DNA of 64,000 nucleotides from Eledone cirrhosa (lineage: Eukaryota), in the NCBI GenBank assembly GCA_964016885.1, contig OZ024744.1:58900001-58964000 (forward strand), given 5' to 3'. Numbering within the stretch: the stretch's first letter is position 1; every line of letters starts with the position of its first letter. The notes under the pieces were generated by a model. That model did not search any database. It saw nothing but the letters and a program-made list of their open reading frames with translations, and was not told where the DNA came from. Positions 48,301 to 59,838 of the stretch are shown piece after piece. A program made the translations under genes and the position numbers.

Positions 48301-51300
48301 CGTAGAAACAATTATTTAATGTATACTCCAGTGAAGTGGGATTTGATTTCTACAGCTCATTTACAGTGAGTGCTGGGTGCTTTTTTTTTGTCGTGGCACC
48401 TCCACGACCACTTTGCAGTGTGGGCTGGGTGCTTTTTTGCCATGGTACCTCCACGACCACTTTGCAGTGGAATGATAGGGAACCCAGTCCTTATCATCTC
48501 ATTTCTACAGCTGAGTAAACTGGAGCAATGTGAAATAAAGTGTCTTGCTCAAGGAAACAACACATCACCCGGTCTAAGAATTGAACTCACAACCTTTCGA
48601 TTGCAAGACCAATGCTCTAAATTACATTATAGTAATCTACATTTACAAACAAAAAATTGCTAAGACTAAAGGAACAGGCTTCTCCACTTTGTCCGATCAT
48701 CTGCATCCCCTGCTCACCACCATCCTAACTATCATCTCCACCTCCATCATTTTTAGCTATGTCTTTCTTAATCTACCTCTTCCTCTACATCCTATATTAA
48801 ATACCATCACTTCTCTTATCCAGTCACTTTCATCATTGGCTCTATTCTCATCACCCTTCTCAACTCATTGTAGATAGTCTTTCATGTTCGGAAATTCATC
48901 CTTTCTAAAAAGAAAAAAAAAATTTTAATTCTCATTTTTTTACAGTAAGCCAACAGAATTTGTTCCTGAAATTCCGCCGAATACTACCAATGATCCAAAG
49001 TATTTTGAAGATGTTAATGTTTTTGATTCAAAAGCAGAACCAAAAGAACTGCCTGACCCCACCTTTTCACTAGGTGATCAATCTAATGGTAAAATATCTG
49101 ATTTTTTAAATTCTTTAACTGGTTTCACTCATTAAACTGTGGCCATTCTGGGGCACTGCCTTGAATATTGATATTCAAACCAGGCTTTTTTTTTTTTTTT
49201 AATCTGGTACTTATTTTATTGATCTCATTTTGTCGAACAACTAAGTCTCAGACATAAACACAGACAGACACAGTCACACAGATATACGATAGGCTTCTGC
49301 AGTTTCTGTTTACCAAATTACACTCAAGGCATTGGGTAACCTGAGGCCATAGTAGAAAACACTTGTCAAAGTGTCACACAGTGGGACTGAACCCAAAGCT
49401 ATGTGGTTGTGAAGCAAACTCCTTAACCACACAGCCATGCCTATGTCTAGTGTTACAATTTTCTTTTCGTTTTTTTTTTTTTAGAGAGGGCATGTCCTAA
49501 TGGTTGAAATTATTTCAGTTGTTAACTGTTATAAAAAAAATTAACAGTGCTAAATATGAAATACTCCACCTTTTTAGGTGTGAAAAAATGAAATTTACAG
49601 CTCCTGCCTATGCTGGTCTCCTACAAAGTTGCATCCCATAGAAGGTTTCTCTGGTGCTTTAATGGTAGGAGCCCTAGTCCTATCAACATTACATGTTGTT
49701 GTTACACCTCACGCCTGTACAGGTTTAGGTGGCCTCCTACAAGGTTTCTCTGGTGTTTTAATGGTAGATATTATAAATGTTTTGTTCCACTTCATACTTA
49801 TTTTATATTATTTTTTTACATATATTTGACCATATTGTACTACGGAATGGATTATTATAACTATTTGAGTGATCAAAGGAGCCTTTACACAAGGAGGTAA
49901 AGAACTTTTCTGATAGCTGTGGCAAATTCTACCAATACCAGACTGTCATCAGGCCAGAGGTTATTCTACCCAGGAGTGACTGCTAAGTTAAAGGTTAAAG
50001 TCTGTTCCACCCAGAAGTTCATCAGGCCTGAGTTTATCCTACTCAGAAATAGCCATTAGTTAAGTTAAGTTTGACCCAAACCTAGGGTCTCATCAGACCA
50101 GAGTTTATCCTATCCTGGAGTAGCTGTTAAGTTAGAAATTAAAGTCTGTTCCAAATGGTAGTGCTAGTGCTAATGAGGATATACTACAACTAGTGTGTAT
50201 ATGTGTATTTAATTGGGAAAATGTTCCTTGCAAAGTACGACGACAAATATAATTCATTTTTTCTCATTCAGATGTACAAAATCAAGAATATAAATCATAC
50301 GAAGATCTCCGACGCCAGAACAGGAAATCATACACTGAAAATCAATATACAAGGTGGACAAAACAGACGACACCTCCATCGCCACAGCCTTCTACTCCAC
50401 CTGAATCTAAACAAATCCCAGATAGTATACCTATTAGAGAATCGAGATCTTCAAATATTTCAGGTAATCATTCTATTATCATTCTTTATTCTTTTACTGG
50501 TTTCAGTCATTAGACTGCAGCCATGCTGAGGCAAAACCTTGAAGGGATTTTAGGCAATCATGTTGATCCCAGTATTTTTTTTTTTTTTCAAGTCTGGTAC
50601 TTGTTTTATCAATCTATTTTCATCGAATCACTAGCTTACAATGCACAGCCCTCCATCCTGGCGAGACGAGGACAAATGAGCCAAAACGGGGGAGATCTCC
50701 CCCATCAGACAAGGAGAGTTGACAGGTCTGCAATACATAAACAAACAATAAACATAAATACATATACACATACACCAAATGCACACACACACACAGATAT
50801 ATATATCTAGTTTCCATCAATTCTATTCCATGCACAAAGTATTGGTTAACCTAAGGATATAGTAGAAGACACTTACCTAAAGGGTTACACAGTGGGATTA
50901 AACCCGAAACCATATGGTTGTGAAGCAAACTCCTTAACCACACAGTTATGCCCATGCCTTTTTTTTTTATTTAGTTCAACAAAAGAGGACATGTAATGCT
51001 GATAACTCCTTCACAGGGTGTCAGAGACTAATGGGAGGAAATTTCCCTATGATCAAAGAGCTGGCCTGAATGTTTCCAACAATCTGGACTTTTCTAGAAC
51101 CAGGTGGTGGTGGTGTTCTGGGCAATTGATTACACTTACCACCCAACAACAAAAGCAGTTTATCCAATGGGTTTCTGTGCAGTTTCTGCCTACCAAATTT
51201 CACTCATAGGGTTTTAGTCCAAGTAGGCTTACAAATAAAAGACACCTGCCTAATGTGTTGTGTAATAGGATCGAACCTGAAAACTACATAGTAAAAAATA

Positions 51301-51552
51301 AACTTCAGAACCTCATGACCATTCCTGCTTTTTGAAAAACAGAAAGTTTATAGGACTCCTATTATATATATCCCATTGTTCTACTACAATACATCTATAT
51401 ATAACCTATTCCTGCACTATATCACATCTGTATACTATAACATATCTATATACCACATTGTTCTGCTATTGACATTTCTAAAACAACCAACATATTTATT
51501 TATTTCAGGTAAATCTAAAAACCAGTATGGTGATGTATGGGAAGAAGAATAA
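21883..51552 (+). CDS. OCIAD1: OCIA domain-containing protein 1 (asrij), 8 coding exons: 21883-21993, 27395-27470, 29000-29053, 36320-36367, 37209-37332, 48946-49088, 50272-50463, 51509-51552 (792 nt, 263 aa)
   Basis: Manual splicing at GT-AG sites gives an open, phase-consistent frame: [10 protein letters not shown]...[101 protein letters not shown]...[12 protein letters not shown]...[14 protein letters not shown]. ECNxESFWYRSLP, GYxxGKLSY, SYEELRxxNR and C-terminal NxYGDxW are OCIAD1 hallmarks. Confidence 0.93.
23385..23685 (-). mobile_element. CORE-type tRNA SINE. Other copies: ~31535-31750, 37380-37480, 49120-49447, 50497-50958
   Basis: Shared gacacttgyccaaggtgcca..cagtgggactgaacc core/B-box region and tttcagtcattagactgcgg tail. 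Confidence 0.65.
24044..24470. mobile_element. TTAA-bounded piggyBac-like MITE remnants
   Basis: ttaaccctttt... and ...aaaagggttaa termini; related pieces at ~2188-2290, 32750-32980 and 55410-55645. Confidence 0.5.
26135..26546 (+). mobile_element. Short 3' fragment of the young RTE family
   Basis: Matches the ORF end, 3' UTR and (ATG)n tail of 59430-59838. Confidence 0.85.
26680..26720 (+). ncRNA. Slightly degenerate minimal hammerhead motif in OCIAD1 intron 1
   Basis: ACAGTC-CTGATGA-a GGGT aatg ACCC a-GAAA ca TT-GATTGT. Confidence 0.55.
27395..27470 (+). CDS. OCIAD1: OCIAD1 exon 2
   Basis: ttgtattgcag|AAAAAT...TACCGAA|gtaagg; [25 protein letters not shown]. Confidence 0.93.
28200..28570 (+). 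mobile_element. Old LINE C-terminal remnant (RTE-like)
   Basis: [22 protein letters not shown]...[15 protein letters not shown]. Confidence 0.7.
29000..29053 (+). CDS. OCIAD1: OCIAD1 exon 3
   Basis: ctctccag|GTTTA...AATAAAG|gtcaga; [18 protein letters not shown]. Confidence 0.9.
29215..30385 (-). mobile_element. Internally deleted RTE LINE of a second (BovB-like) family
   Basis: IGTWNIQTL (APE), LHNRFQQL...[13 protein letters not shown]...[13 protein letters not shown]. Confidence 0.75.
30707..30956. mobile_element. Tc1/mariner-like MITE
   Basis: gtgtcccaaaaatgtatacaaac ... gtgtgtatacatttttgggggaacatcctgta inverted ends. Confidence 0.5.
31760..32230. repeat. Tandemly re-duplicated MITE segment (aacataattttatataagaaccatatgttaagttactatcttagtaatgaaa), 4 copies plus one at ~32845
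   Basis: Direct repeats, including a near-perfect ~66-bp tandem at 31905-32040. Confidence 0.85.
33660..35100 (+). mobile_element. Degenerate RTE LINE with internal deletion near 34625
   Basis: QFSF...[12 protein letters not shown]; the sequence jumps from KVRVGSEF directly to [10 protein letters not shown]; [10 protein letters not shown]; (ATG)n tail. Confidence 0.88.
35188..35315 (-). mobile_element. ~130-bp PLE-type end cassette with minimal hammerhead (35275-35310)
   Basis: Reverse complement of 37488-37618; reads tctt CTGATGA a GGAC tagt GTCC GAAA tg TT aaga. Confidence 0.8.
36320..36367 (+). CDS. OCIAD1: OCIAD1 exon 4
   Basis: tttttcag|GTTAT...AATATAG|gtatgt; [16 protein letters not shown]. 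Confidence 0.92.
37209..37332 (+). CDS. OCIAD1: OCIAD1 exon 5
   Basis: catgacag|GCGCT...GGCAG|gtaatt; [40 protein letters not shown]. Confidence 0.93.
37493..37528 (+). ncRNA. Intact minimal type I hammerhead ribozyme, sense strand, OCIAD1 intron 5
   Basis: TCTT-CTGATGA-a GGAC tagc GTCC-GAAA cg TT-AAGA; GUU triplet with predicted cut after 37524; palindromic AACGTT stem III region. Confidence 0.85.
37619..38252 (-). mobile_element. RTE LINE 3' fragment (open 201 aa)
   Basis: FRYLG...[12 protein letters not shown]...LRWYGHVMR...GRPRKTW; (ATG)n tail. Confidence 0.92.
38570..42200 (-). mobile_element. Near full-length RTE LINE (APE endonuclease + RT), inactivated
   Basis: [55 protein letters not shown]; several frameshifts; 3' UTR and tail. 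Confidence 0.93.
42478..43895 (-). mobile_element. RTE LINE internal fragment (same subfamily as 13975-15362)
   Basis: [40 protein letters not shown]. Confidence 0.92.
43900..45170 (-). mobile_element. Highly decayed L1/Tx1-like LINE remnant
   Basis: Minus-strand WLEIGDR motif (~44660-44700) resembles the L1-type WxxxGDxNTKFF linker; otherwise fragmentary. Confidence 0.35.
45520..46810 (-). mobile_element. Young RTE family 3' fragment
   Basis: 271-aa ORF closely similar to the 58560-59520 region; 3' UTR and (ATG)n tail. Confidence 0.92.
47020..47330 (-). mobile_element. Degenerate PLE end fragments with decayed hammerhead motifs
   Basis: 47140-47215(-) resembles the PLE tail at 17030-17100; gaaataactttgat (~47250) and gaaaccggta (~47056) resemble hammerhead 3' halves. 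Confidence 0.45.
48946..49088 (+). CDS. OCIAD1: OCIAD1 exon 6
   Basis: tttttacag|TAAGC...CTAATG|gtaaaa; phases 2/1 fit the neighbouring exons; [12 protein letters not shown]...LGDQSN. Confidence 0.85.
49945..50155. repeat. Three diverged ~65-75 bp tandem repeats (catcaggccagagtttatcctacccaggagtagctgttaagtt...)
   Basis: Seen directly in OCIAD1 intron 6. Confidence 0.7.
50272..50463 (+). CDS. OCIAD1: OCIAD1 exon 7
   Basis: ctcattcag|ATGTA...TTTCAG|gtaatc; [21 protein letters not shown]... Confidence 0.9.
51509..51552 (+). CDS. OCIAD1: OCIAD1 terminal coding exon
   Basis: tatttcag|GTAAATCT...GAATAA; [14 protein letters not shown]. Confidence 0.92.
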
Positions 51553-51694
51553 ATCTCCTTTGATACAATTAGCAAATTGTTTCTTTGCATTGCTAGACTA
51601 GCTGTGTTTGAGTCTCAAACTGAAGGAGTTTTCTGTAAATGAATGGAAATTGTTTCCCCTCTCAGTCACTGGACTGCCTGAAGTTGTTTTACTA

Positions 51695-51700
51695 AATAAA
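51695..51700 (+). terminator. Candidate OCIAD1 polyadenylation signal
   Basis: AATAAA ~143 nt after the stop codon, followed by T/GT-rich sequence. Confidence 0.55.
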
Positions 51701-52194
51701 TACATGAATGAACGCTTTTTGTTCATCGTTCCATGTTACTTTTAACTTGGTTATTTGTTTTTTTGTTTTTTTTTTACACACACACAAATATATATACATG
51801 TTGGATCCACAATAAAATGACATTCAATGTGTAAAAACTATGCCAAAATAAAGGTAAAGAGAACTCTTCAGTCACATCAAAAACGTGACAACTACTCTAG
51901 TCTTGATGCCATGATAAAATGCAGTAAAGTAGTTGTGCTAGTGTCATCATAAAATGCACCCAGTACACTCTGTAAAGTGGTTGATGTTAGGAAGTACAAC
52001 TATCTGTAGAAACCATTTTCAGTTGCAACAAAGACTTAACATCATCACCATCATCATTACCCTTGAACATTCATTTTCCATGCTAGCATGAGTTAGATGA
52101 GTTAGATGAGTTGTCTCATTGTGAAACAAATCAGATTAGATGACTATGTCTTGCTCTGGCTTGATTTCTACAGCAGGATGTCCTTCCTAATGCC

Positions 52195-52600
52195 ATCCAC
52201 ACTTATGCCCAGTTTCTCTCAGCTCATTTACACTTTGCTATTCATGTATATTACTATTATATATCCATCAGAGCATGCAAGCTTCATTTCTTTCCAATTT
52301 TTGTAAGTCCTCTGCACACAGTGCCCATGTTTCACTACCATGCAACATGGCCGTTCGTATACATGCATTATACAATCTGCCCTTCATTTTGAGGGGGAAA
52401 ACCTTTTGTAGTTAGCAGCAGTAGTAACTCCCTGAACTTTCTCCATCCTGTTCTCACTCTGGCTACTGTACTTTCCGAACACCCACCTCCACTGCTAATT
52501 TGGTAACCCAGGTAACAGAAACTATCAACTACTCCTACAAAGCCCTCGGGGCATTTAAAGGAGCTAGTATCTTGTGAGCCCTTGCTACTTACTGTTCCTG
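52195..52600 (-). mobile_element. RTE LINE fragment
   Basis: DSFCYLG...GGGCSES...GWRKFRELL. Confidence 0.85.
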
Positions 52601-54349
52601 ACAACCTTTCTAATATTAGTGCCACAATAAAATACACCCAGTATACTCTATTAAGTAGATGGTTTTAGGAAGAACATAGCTGTAGAAATCTAGCCACAAA
52701 AATGTGATACATAACACCATGACATGCCCCTCCCCCCTAGTCCCTTCCTAAAGGGCAGTAACTCCAAATAATGACTGACTTGAACTGTAACAACAACCTA
52801 CCTAAACCAACAATGGAAAACAGGCATAAAATGAGGATTGCAATATTAACTTCTAAAATATTGTAATGATTTAGCATACAATTTAAATAATGGGTTCTGT
52901 TAATTCAGATGATTATAGTATCTTTGCTAATGGAGAGATCATGAAAATTTGCAATATTAGAGTAAAGATTTCAATTTAATGTGATGGAGTCATAGGGCTA
53001 TTTTGTACATTTCATGTGCCAGTGTCATAATAAAAATACACCCAGTACACTCTGTAACTGATTGATGATAGAAAAGGAATCCAACTGTAGAAACCAAGCC
53101 AAAACCAGAACATGAAAGTGAGATGCGCACACAACACATTATTATCAACATAGGAATTTGAACTTAACTGAATTCCATTACTAATTTGTGGGGGAAAAGG
53201 CTAAGCTTCAGCATTTTTTCTTTGGTTTTGCTCTTTTTTAATTATTACAGCAGTATGGTCAAATAGACATAAGATGATCTTGAGGAGGAGTTCAAGCTGT
53301 GGGCTCCATCTCTCTCTAATCCCTTGGATTGAAGACCTTCCTGTTAGGTTACACCATCACTCCAATACCCTGACATCTATACTAAGCTCAAGTGAGACCC
53401 ACAATTGAATACTGTTCCCACAACTTGGGATGGTGCTGTTACCATTTGTGCAGTCATCTTAGAACCTCATCCCACCTGGGTCACCCAGTTGATTGACATA
53501 AAGTTGTGTGTTAACAAAGTTGCTCACCAACAACTGTCCCACAGACTTACTGTCTCCTCTCTCTACTTCTACATCTGTGGCCTCTGCTCATCAGAATTGG
53601 CTGGTCTTGTGACACCTCATCTCAGAAACTCCCAACTCACTTGTTTTTTACCCTCACCTGACTCGTTTTCTAGAAACCCCTCTTCCTCCCCAAATGCCAT
53701 CCCTCTATAATTCCCTCCCCACCCATGTTTTTATTTATTTATTTATTTTTTTTTTTGCAGCTGTTTAAGAGAAACATCAGTTGTGTTTCTCACTGGTCTT
53801 ATGGGGGCTGGGAAAAAGATAAGCACAACTATGACATAGGAGATGAGAGGCGAAGAAACAAGTAAGTTAGGAGTGCCTAGGTAGAGGTGAGAAAAGCAAG
53901 TTCCGGGGAGGAGTAACCATTGTAGTAGTGGTAGAAAATGCAGAAGGAAGAGACATCCTGGTTGTAAGCCAGAGATTGGAGAGTGTGTTAATGTATAATA
54001 ATCTTAACTAATGGGAGTAAAAAGAATAAAAGTGGAAATTAAGGAGATGGATAGATGGTATAAAAGTTTTATTAACAAGAACTTAGACCATGATGAAGCA
54101 ACAGATAGATGAAGAATAAATGTTTATACAGCCAGAGCCAGTTCCTGGACATTATATAAATCTCTGTGTCTATAGATGTCATCATTATCATCGATTAACA
54201 TCCATCTTCCATGCTAGCATGGGTTGGATGGGTCCTATTTTGAGGCAAGTTGTGTCAGGTGACCGTGTTTCGTTCATATAAGGGTGCTTCTGGCTGGATG
54301 CACTTCCTAACGCCAACCACATTTACAGTGTGGGTTGTATTTATTATTT

Positions 54350-55955
54350 CAGAACATTGCTACTCAAGGTATATGGACGAAATCCCTACTCCTAGCAGAT
54401 AAAAAGCACACGGAGTAAAAAATAAAACAAGCAGTTTAATAAAAAGAGGTCAATGAAATAATTACTAGAATTTATATGGTCAACTAAGTACCTTTAAAGC
54501 GATGCCCCAGCATGACCACTGTCTAATGACTGAAACCAGTAAAAGAATAATTAAATTGCGATGCTGTTACAGAAGTAGAATTAAACGTTTTAGCAGTTCT
54601 TTTAAATGAATATCATTTTTCTTATATATAATAATATATTTCATTTGATACTGATAAAAATGATTAAGTTTGTCTTCATCTGTCAACTAGTTTGAGACAT
54701 TTTGGTAATGTTGTTGGTTTATACGGTTGCCCATAGATGTTCTCCTTTATTGCCCTGGTACTGAAGACCAAAATAGTCAACCTCTAAAATGCCAAGTTGC
54801 TGGCAGACTACACAAAGTAGAGTTACATTGAATATTCAAGTGTCTTTTGTTGTTATGAAAACGGAAGAGGAAGGAAAGGCAACGACTCTGGTGTCACAGA
54901 AGAACGGAGAGGGTGATGGGCTCTGGGCCTAGGGCATGGCGGTATTTGGTAGTTGTAAAGGACTTCAAATTTTACTCACCTTTCAGAACATTGCTTCTCA
55001 AGGGATATGGACAACATCCTACTCCTATCTGACAAATACCACATGGAGTAAAAAATAAAACAAAATCTATTTATGGTTTTTAATAGTAAATATAAAATGT
55101 TATTTACTTGATAAAGAATAAACTAGAACAATATATAAGCATTTAAGATCTGATTAAATTTGTATCTCAACCATGTTAACCTTTTAGCATTTAAACCATA
55201 TCCGACCAGAATTCTTTCGCCTCTTTCTGTTCAAAACAGCTGTAACTGGGCGCTCATACTTATGTTAAGGTATTGTTCTCAAAATAAATAACATCAAAAT
55301 ACCATAGATTCAATATTATATGAGACAATTATGTGAGATAAAATCTTTACCACGAAAATACAATAGTAAATATAGAGTAATATAAATGCTAAAGGGTTAT
55401 ATATATATATATATATATATTTATTTTAACTCCCTTTCATCCCTGGTTCTACGATACAAAACTATTTAAATGTTCATGCTTATCTAAAAAGCTTCCATCG
55501 TAAGTTTAGGTAAGAATCTCCAAGTTATACTCTAAATATTAGCTTAATAACAAAAAAGTTATAATACAAAAACCTTAGAAATTATTGGTTATATGAAAAT
55601 TATATTCAATGTTTTTCGTTAGAAATATAGCAATGAAAGAGTTAAATAAAATATTTCTATTGTTTGTTTCCTATTTTCCACTCATGTCATTACAATTTAA
55701 ATTCGTAAAAACCATACAAGCCATTCCGATATATAGGTTACTGTAACCTATTTATTTTTTTGTGGCGGAGAAAGAAGTTTTTTAAAGTGTCGAACATTTA
55801 ACAAAATATAATACATTTGGTTGGTGTTAGATAATTCTAATCATTTCAGAAATTAAAGGAAGCATCTTCATGCATTTTTTTATCTTAATAGATAGACTTG
55901 TTTAACAAAGCAGATTTCACTATATTTACTGAAGCAGTGATGAAAAAATTAGTAA
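54350..55955 (+). pseudogene. BTB/BACK-like gene remnants (duplicated small exon plus following exon)
   Basis: AG/GT-bounded pieces ~54352-54415 and ~54987-55048 (DNILLLSDKYHME), then ~55850-55950 (KLKEAS...LFNKADFTIFTEAVMKKL) with frameshifts. Confidence 0.35.
54711..54808 (-). pseudogene. Orphan fragment of a MYLIP/IDOL-like FERM-domain exon
   Basis: [26 protein letters not shown] then, after a frameshifting deletion, NRINQQ; compare [41 protein letters not shown] (from recall). Confidence 0.7.
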
Positions 55956-56459
55956 GTAAATCTACAATATTTTACAGGGACAGTCTTGATAAATTAGATG
56001 TTTAAAGCATAAAATAAATCACTAGAATATTTACTTAGACGCACCCTCTGCGTTGGAAAACAGTAGTTAAGTTACTATTAACATATTTAATATAGTGAGT
56101 TTTAAATAATTAATCAAAAGTATTTATGTGGTGATAGAGAGAGAAAAAACAACATTAACTTATTCACTATCATATATTTTGATAATTTTTGCGAGTCAAG
56201 GAGACAACTGTGGAATTTTTCAATCTAAATAGACCTTTTCAGTAAAACGTCAGCTTACATGTTGAAATAGCCAGGAGAGAATCACTAAGAAAACATACAT
56301 TTTACACAAGTAGATTTGGTAAAGTAGATATCTAAAACATAAATCATCAAGGTTAATTACTTAGATTGGCCATCTGCATGGAAAACAACAGCTAAGTTCA
56401 TGTTATCATATTTAATATAGTGTGTGTTGAATACCAAATTAGAAATAATAATTGGACAG

Positions 56460-59400
56460 ATTATCTGCGAGCTACCAAGCACCCATGTGAAGCGCCAACC
56501 CAGAGACCCTTCCCTACGAGTGTCGACAAATGCCCCAAACTCCGAGTTGGTACCATCAATGTAGGCTCAATGAAAGGAAGAGCAGGAGAAATCGTAAAAA
56601 TGCTAGAGCGAAAGGAAATTGATGTATGCTGTGTGCAAGAGACTAGCTGGAGAGGAGAGTCTGCCAGAGTCCTGGTAGGAAAAAGTCGGTGCTACAAATT
56701 TTCCTGGGTGGGAAATGACGATGGGATGGGTGGCGTAGGTATACTACTAGCTGACAAGTGGGTAGATAAAGTAATCTCAGTGTACAGGGTAAATACAAGA
56801 ATCATTAAACTCAGACTAGTCCTGAATAAAACAATTACCACAATAATATCAGCTTACGCACCCCAATCGGGGCTGCCAGACGAACTTAAGGGTAGGTTTT
56901 ACGAGTCCCTAATGCACACTACTGCTCTAACAGATGACAATGACTTCCTAATCATCGCAGGAGATTTTAACGGACACGCAGGTAAACACTGTGACGGCTT
57001 CAATAGAGTTCATGGAGGCCAAGGGGTTGGCACAAGAAATGAGGAACGATTCAGACTTCTAGAATTCTGCGACGCCAATGACATGTCGATATGTAACACA
57101 AACTTTTAAAAACCCAACAACCACCTGATCACCTATAGATCAGGGGAGCACTCCAGTCAGATAGATTTTATCCTCATCAGAGGACGTGACAGATGGACGG
57201 TCGTAAACACAAAAGCCTTCCCTAGTGAGGAATGTACATCCCAACATAGCTTAGTTGTCAGCGACCTCACGGTCAGAACTAGACGAACCTGGAAACAGAG
57301 GCCAACCTGGAGAAGAAAGATCTGGAAGCTGAAAGTCCCCTCAACCAGTACAAGATTTAAAGATATTTTACTCAACGCCTACGACAGTAAAGAAGAACAG
57401 ATAGAGACATTTAATGTAGAAGAGAACTGGGAGTTCCTAAAAAATAACTTACTAGAGGCGACAGATGAGGTCTGTGGCTGGAGTAAGACCTCAAGCAGGA
57501 GGAGAGTGACTTGGTGGTGGAACAATAAGGTAGATGAAGCAGTTAAGGCCAAGAGACAGGCATGGAAAGAATGAAAGAATGGGGGGAGCAGGGTACATTA
57601 CATAGAGACCAAGAGGGAAGCTAGGCGACAAGTATACTTAGCTAGGAGGGAAGCAGAGGATAGAAAATTCAAGCATGTTTTGCAACGTGAGGACCAGAAA
57701 CAGGAGGTATTCAAGATTGCGAGGTAGTGTATCAGAGATAGTTGTGATGTCATTGGAGAGAAGTGTATCCGGAATGATAAAGGTGAGCTTGCCCTCACAA
57801 GTGCTGAGAAGAAAGATGCATGGAAGAGTCATTATGATAGATTACTAAATGAGGAGAATGCATGGGAAGAAGAGACCCTACCCCAAGTAGACCCTATAGA
57901 GGGGCCAGGAGTACAAGTCAGCAGCAACGTAGTAAGTAAGGCAATTAAAGATATGAAGATGGGGAAGGCAACTGGTCCATCGGGTATAGCTGCCGAGATG
58001 CTGAAGGCATCTGGGTCTATAGGTAACACTATAACCACACGTATTGTTAACCAGGTAATACTAGCAGGTGTCATACCAAAAGATTGGTGCAGTAGCATCA
58101 TTGTCAACTGCTACAAAGGTAAAGGCGATGCACTAGATAGAGGAAACTATAGAGGTATAAAGTTGATGGACCAGGTCATGAAAGTAACAGAAAGAGTTAT
58201 AGCAAAGTTGATTAGGGACCGGGTGAAAATAGACGAGATGCAATTTGGGTTTGTACCAGGAAGAGGCACCACTGATGCACTCTTCCTTGTGAGGCAGTTA
58301 CAGGAAAAGTACCTAGCTAAAAGTAAGCCACTCTACTTGGCATTTGTCGACCTTGAGAAAGCCTTTGACAGAGTTCCACGTGCTGTAATCTCGTGGGCTC
58401 TTAGAAAACTAGGAGTAGATGAATGGCTTGTAAAAGCGGTATAAGCCATGTATAGGGGAGCAGTCAGCAAAGTTAGGATTAGCAATGAATATAGCGAGGA
58501 ATTTAGCATACAGGTTGGGGTCCACCAGGGCTCTGTTCTTAGTCCCCTCCTGTTCATCATAGTCCTGCAGGCAATAACGGAGGAGTTTAAGACCGGATGC
58601 CCATGGGAACTCCTGTATGCAGATGACCTCACACTCATAGCTGAATCTATGGTAGAACTAGAGAATAAATTCCAAACTTGGAAGCAGGGACTAGAAAGAA
58701 AGGGTCTCAAAGTCAACAAGTAGATGAGAAAACAGAACCCAGATCAGTATGTAGGAAAGGTATAGGTAGTAACTCCATTCTCTGCCCCAAATGCAAACAA
58801 TGGGTACACAAGAGATGTAGCGGGATCTCAGGAAGCTTAACTAAGAATGTAGGCTTCACATGTAGCAGCTGTGCTGGGACAGCAAGCAGCAAACAGCCAC
58901 AGGAAACAAGTACCACCAATCTCTGGGAGGGCTCTGTAGAAACAGTAGACAGCTTCTGCAACCTAGGTGACCGAATTAGCAGCGGAGGTGGGTGTTCAGA
59001 AAGTACAATAACTAGGGTAAGAACGGGATGGAAGAAGTTTAGGGAACTACTACCACTGCTAGCTGCAAAAGGCTTTTCCCTCAGAATGAAAGGCAGACTG
59101 TATGATGCGTGTATCCGAACAGCAATGTTGCATGGTAGTGAGACCTGGGCGCTGAAGGTGGAAGACTTACGTAGATTAGAGAGAAACGAAGCCTGCATGC
59201 TCCGATGGATGTGTAACAGTAATATACGTGAACGACAAAGCATAAATGAATTGAGAGAGAGACTGAGCATAAGAGGAATCAAATGTTGTGTGCAGAAGAG
59301 GCAGTTGCGCTGGTATGGACATGTGATGCGTATGAAGGATGACAGCTGCATAAAAAGGTGCAGAGCACTAGAATATGATGGGAACCGCGGAGTGGGGAGA

Positions 59401-59838
59401 CCCAAGATGACCTGGGATGAGGTGATAAAAGCCGACCTTACCCAATTACACCTCTCAAAGGCGATGACACACGACCGTGACCTCTGGCGTCACGCAGTAA
59501 TACAGAGTACCCGACCTCCCATGGGTACAAGCTGAAGCATATAGATAATATGCCCCCACACCCCTCACCGCAAGGTGGTCGTGGAGGTGCCACGGCAAAA
59601 AAGCACCCGCCCCACACTGTAAAGTGGACGTGTAGGCACCACGAAAAAGCACCCAGCACTCACTGTAAATGAGGTTGGTGTTAGGAAGGGCATCCAGCTG
59701 TAGAAATCAAGCCAAATCAGTTCCTGTATGAGCAAGGCATGGTCAGCCGACCAGACACTGCCCACAACAGGACAACCCGTCTAACCCATGCTAGCGTGGA
59801 AGAACGGACGTAAAACGGTGATGATGATGATGATGATG
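56460..59838 (+). mobile_element. Near full-length young RTE LINE (APE + RT + 3' UTR with internal repeats + (ATG)n tail)
   Basis: [58 protein letters not shown]; a few point stops (e.g. 57107, 57572, 58442) and one deletion near 58720. Confidence 0.95.

Noticed and set aside
58713-59405. Long antisense ORFs over RTE copies (also 37672-38220, 45881-46366, 62201-62647)
   Set aside because: Shadow frames of the RTE coding strand, repeated because the elements are homologous
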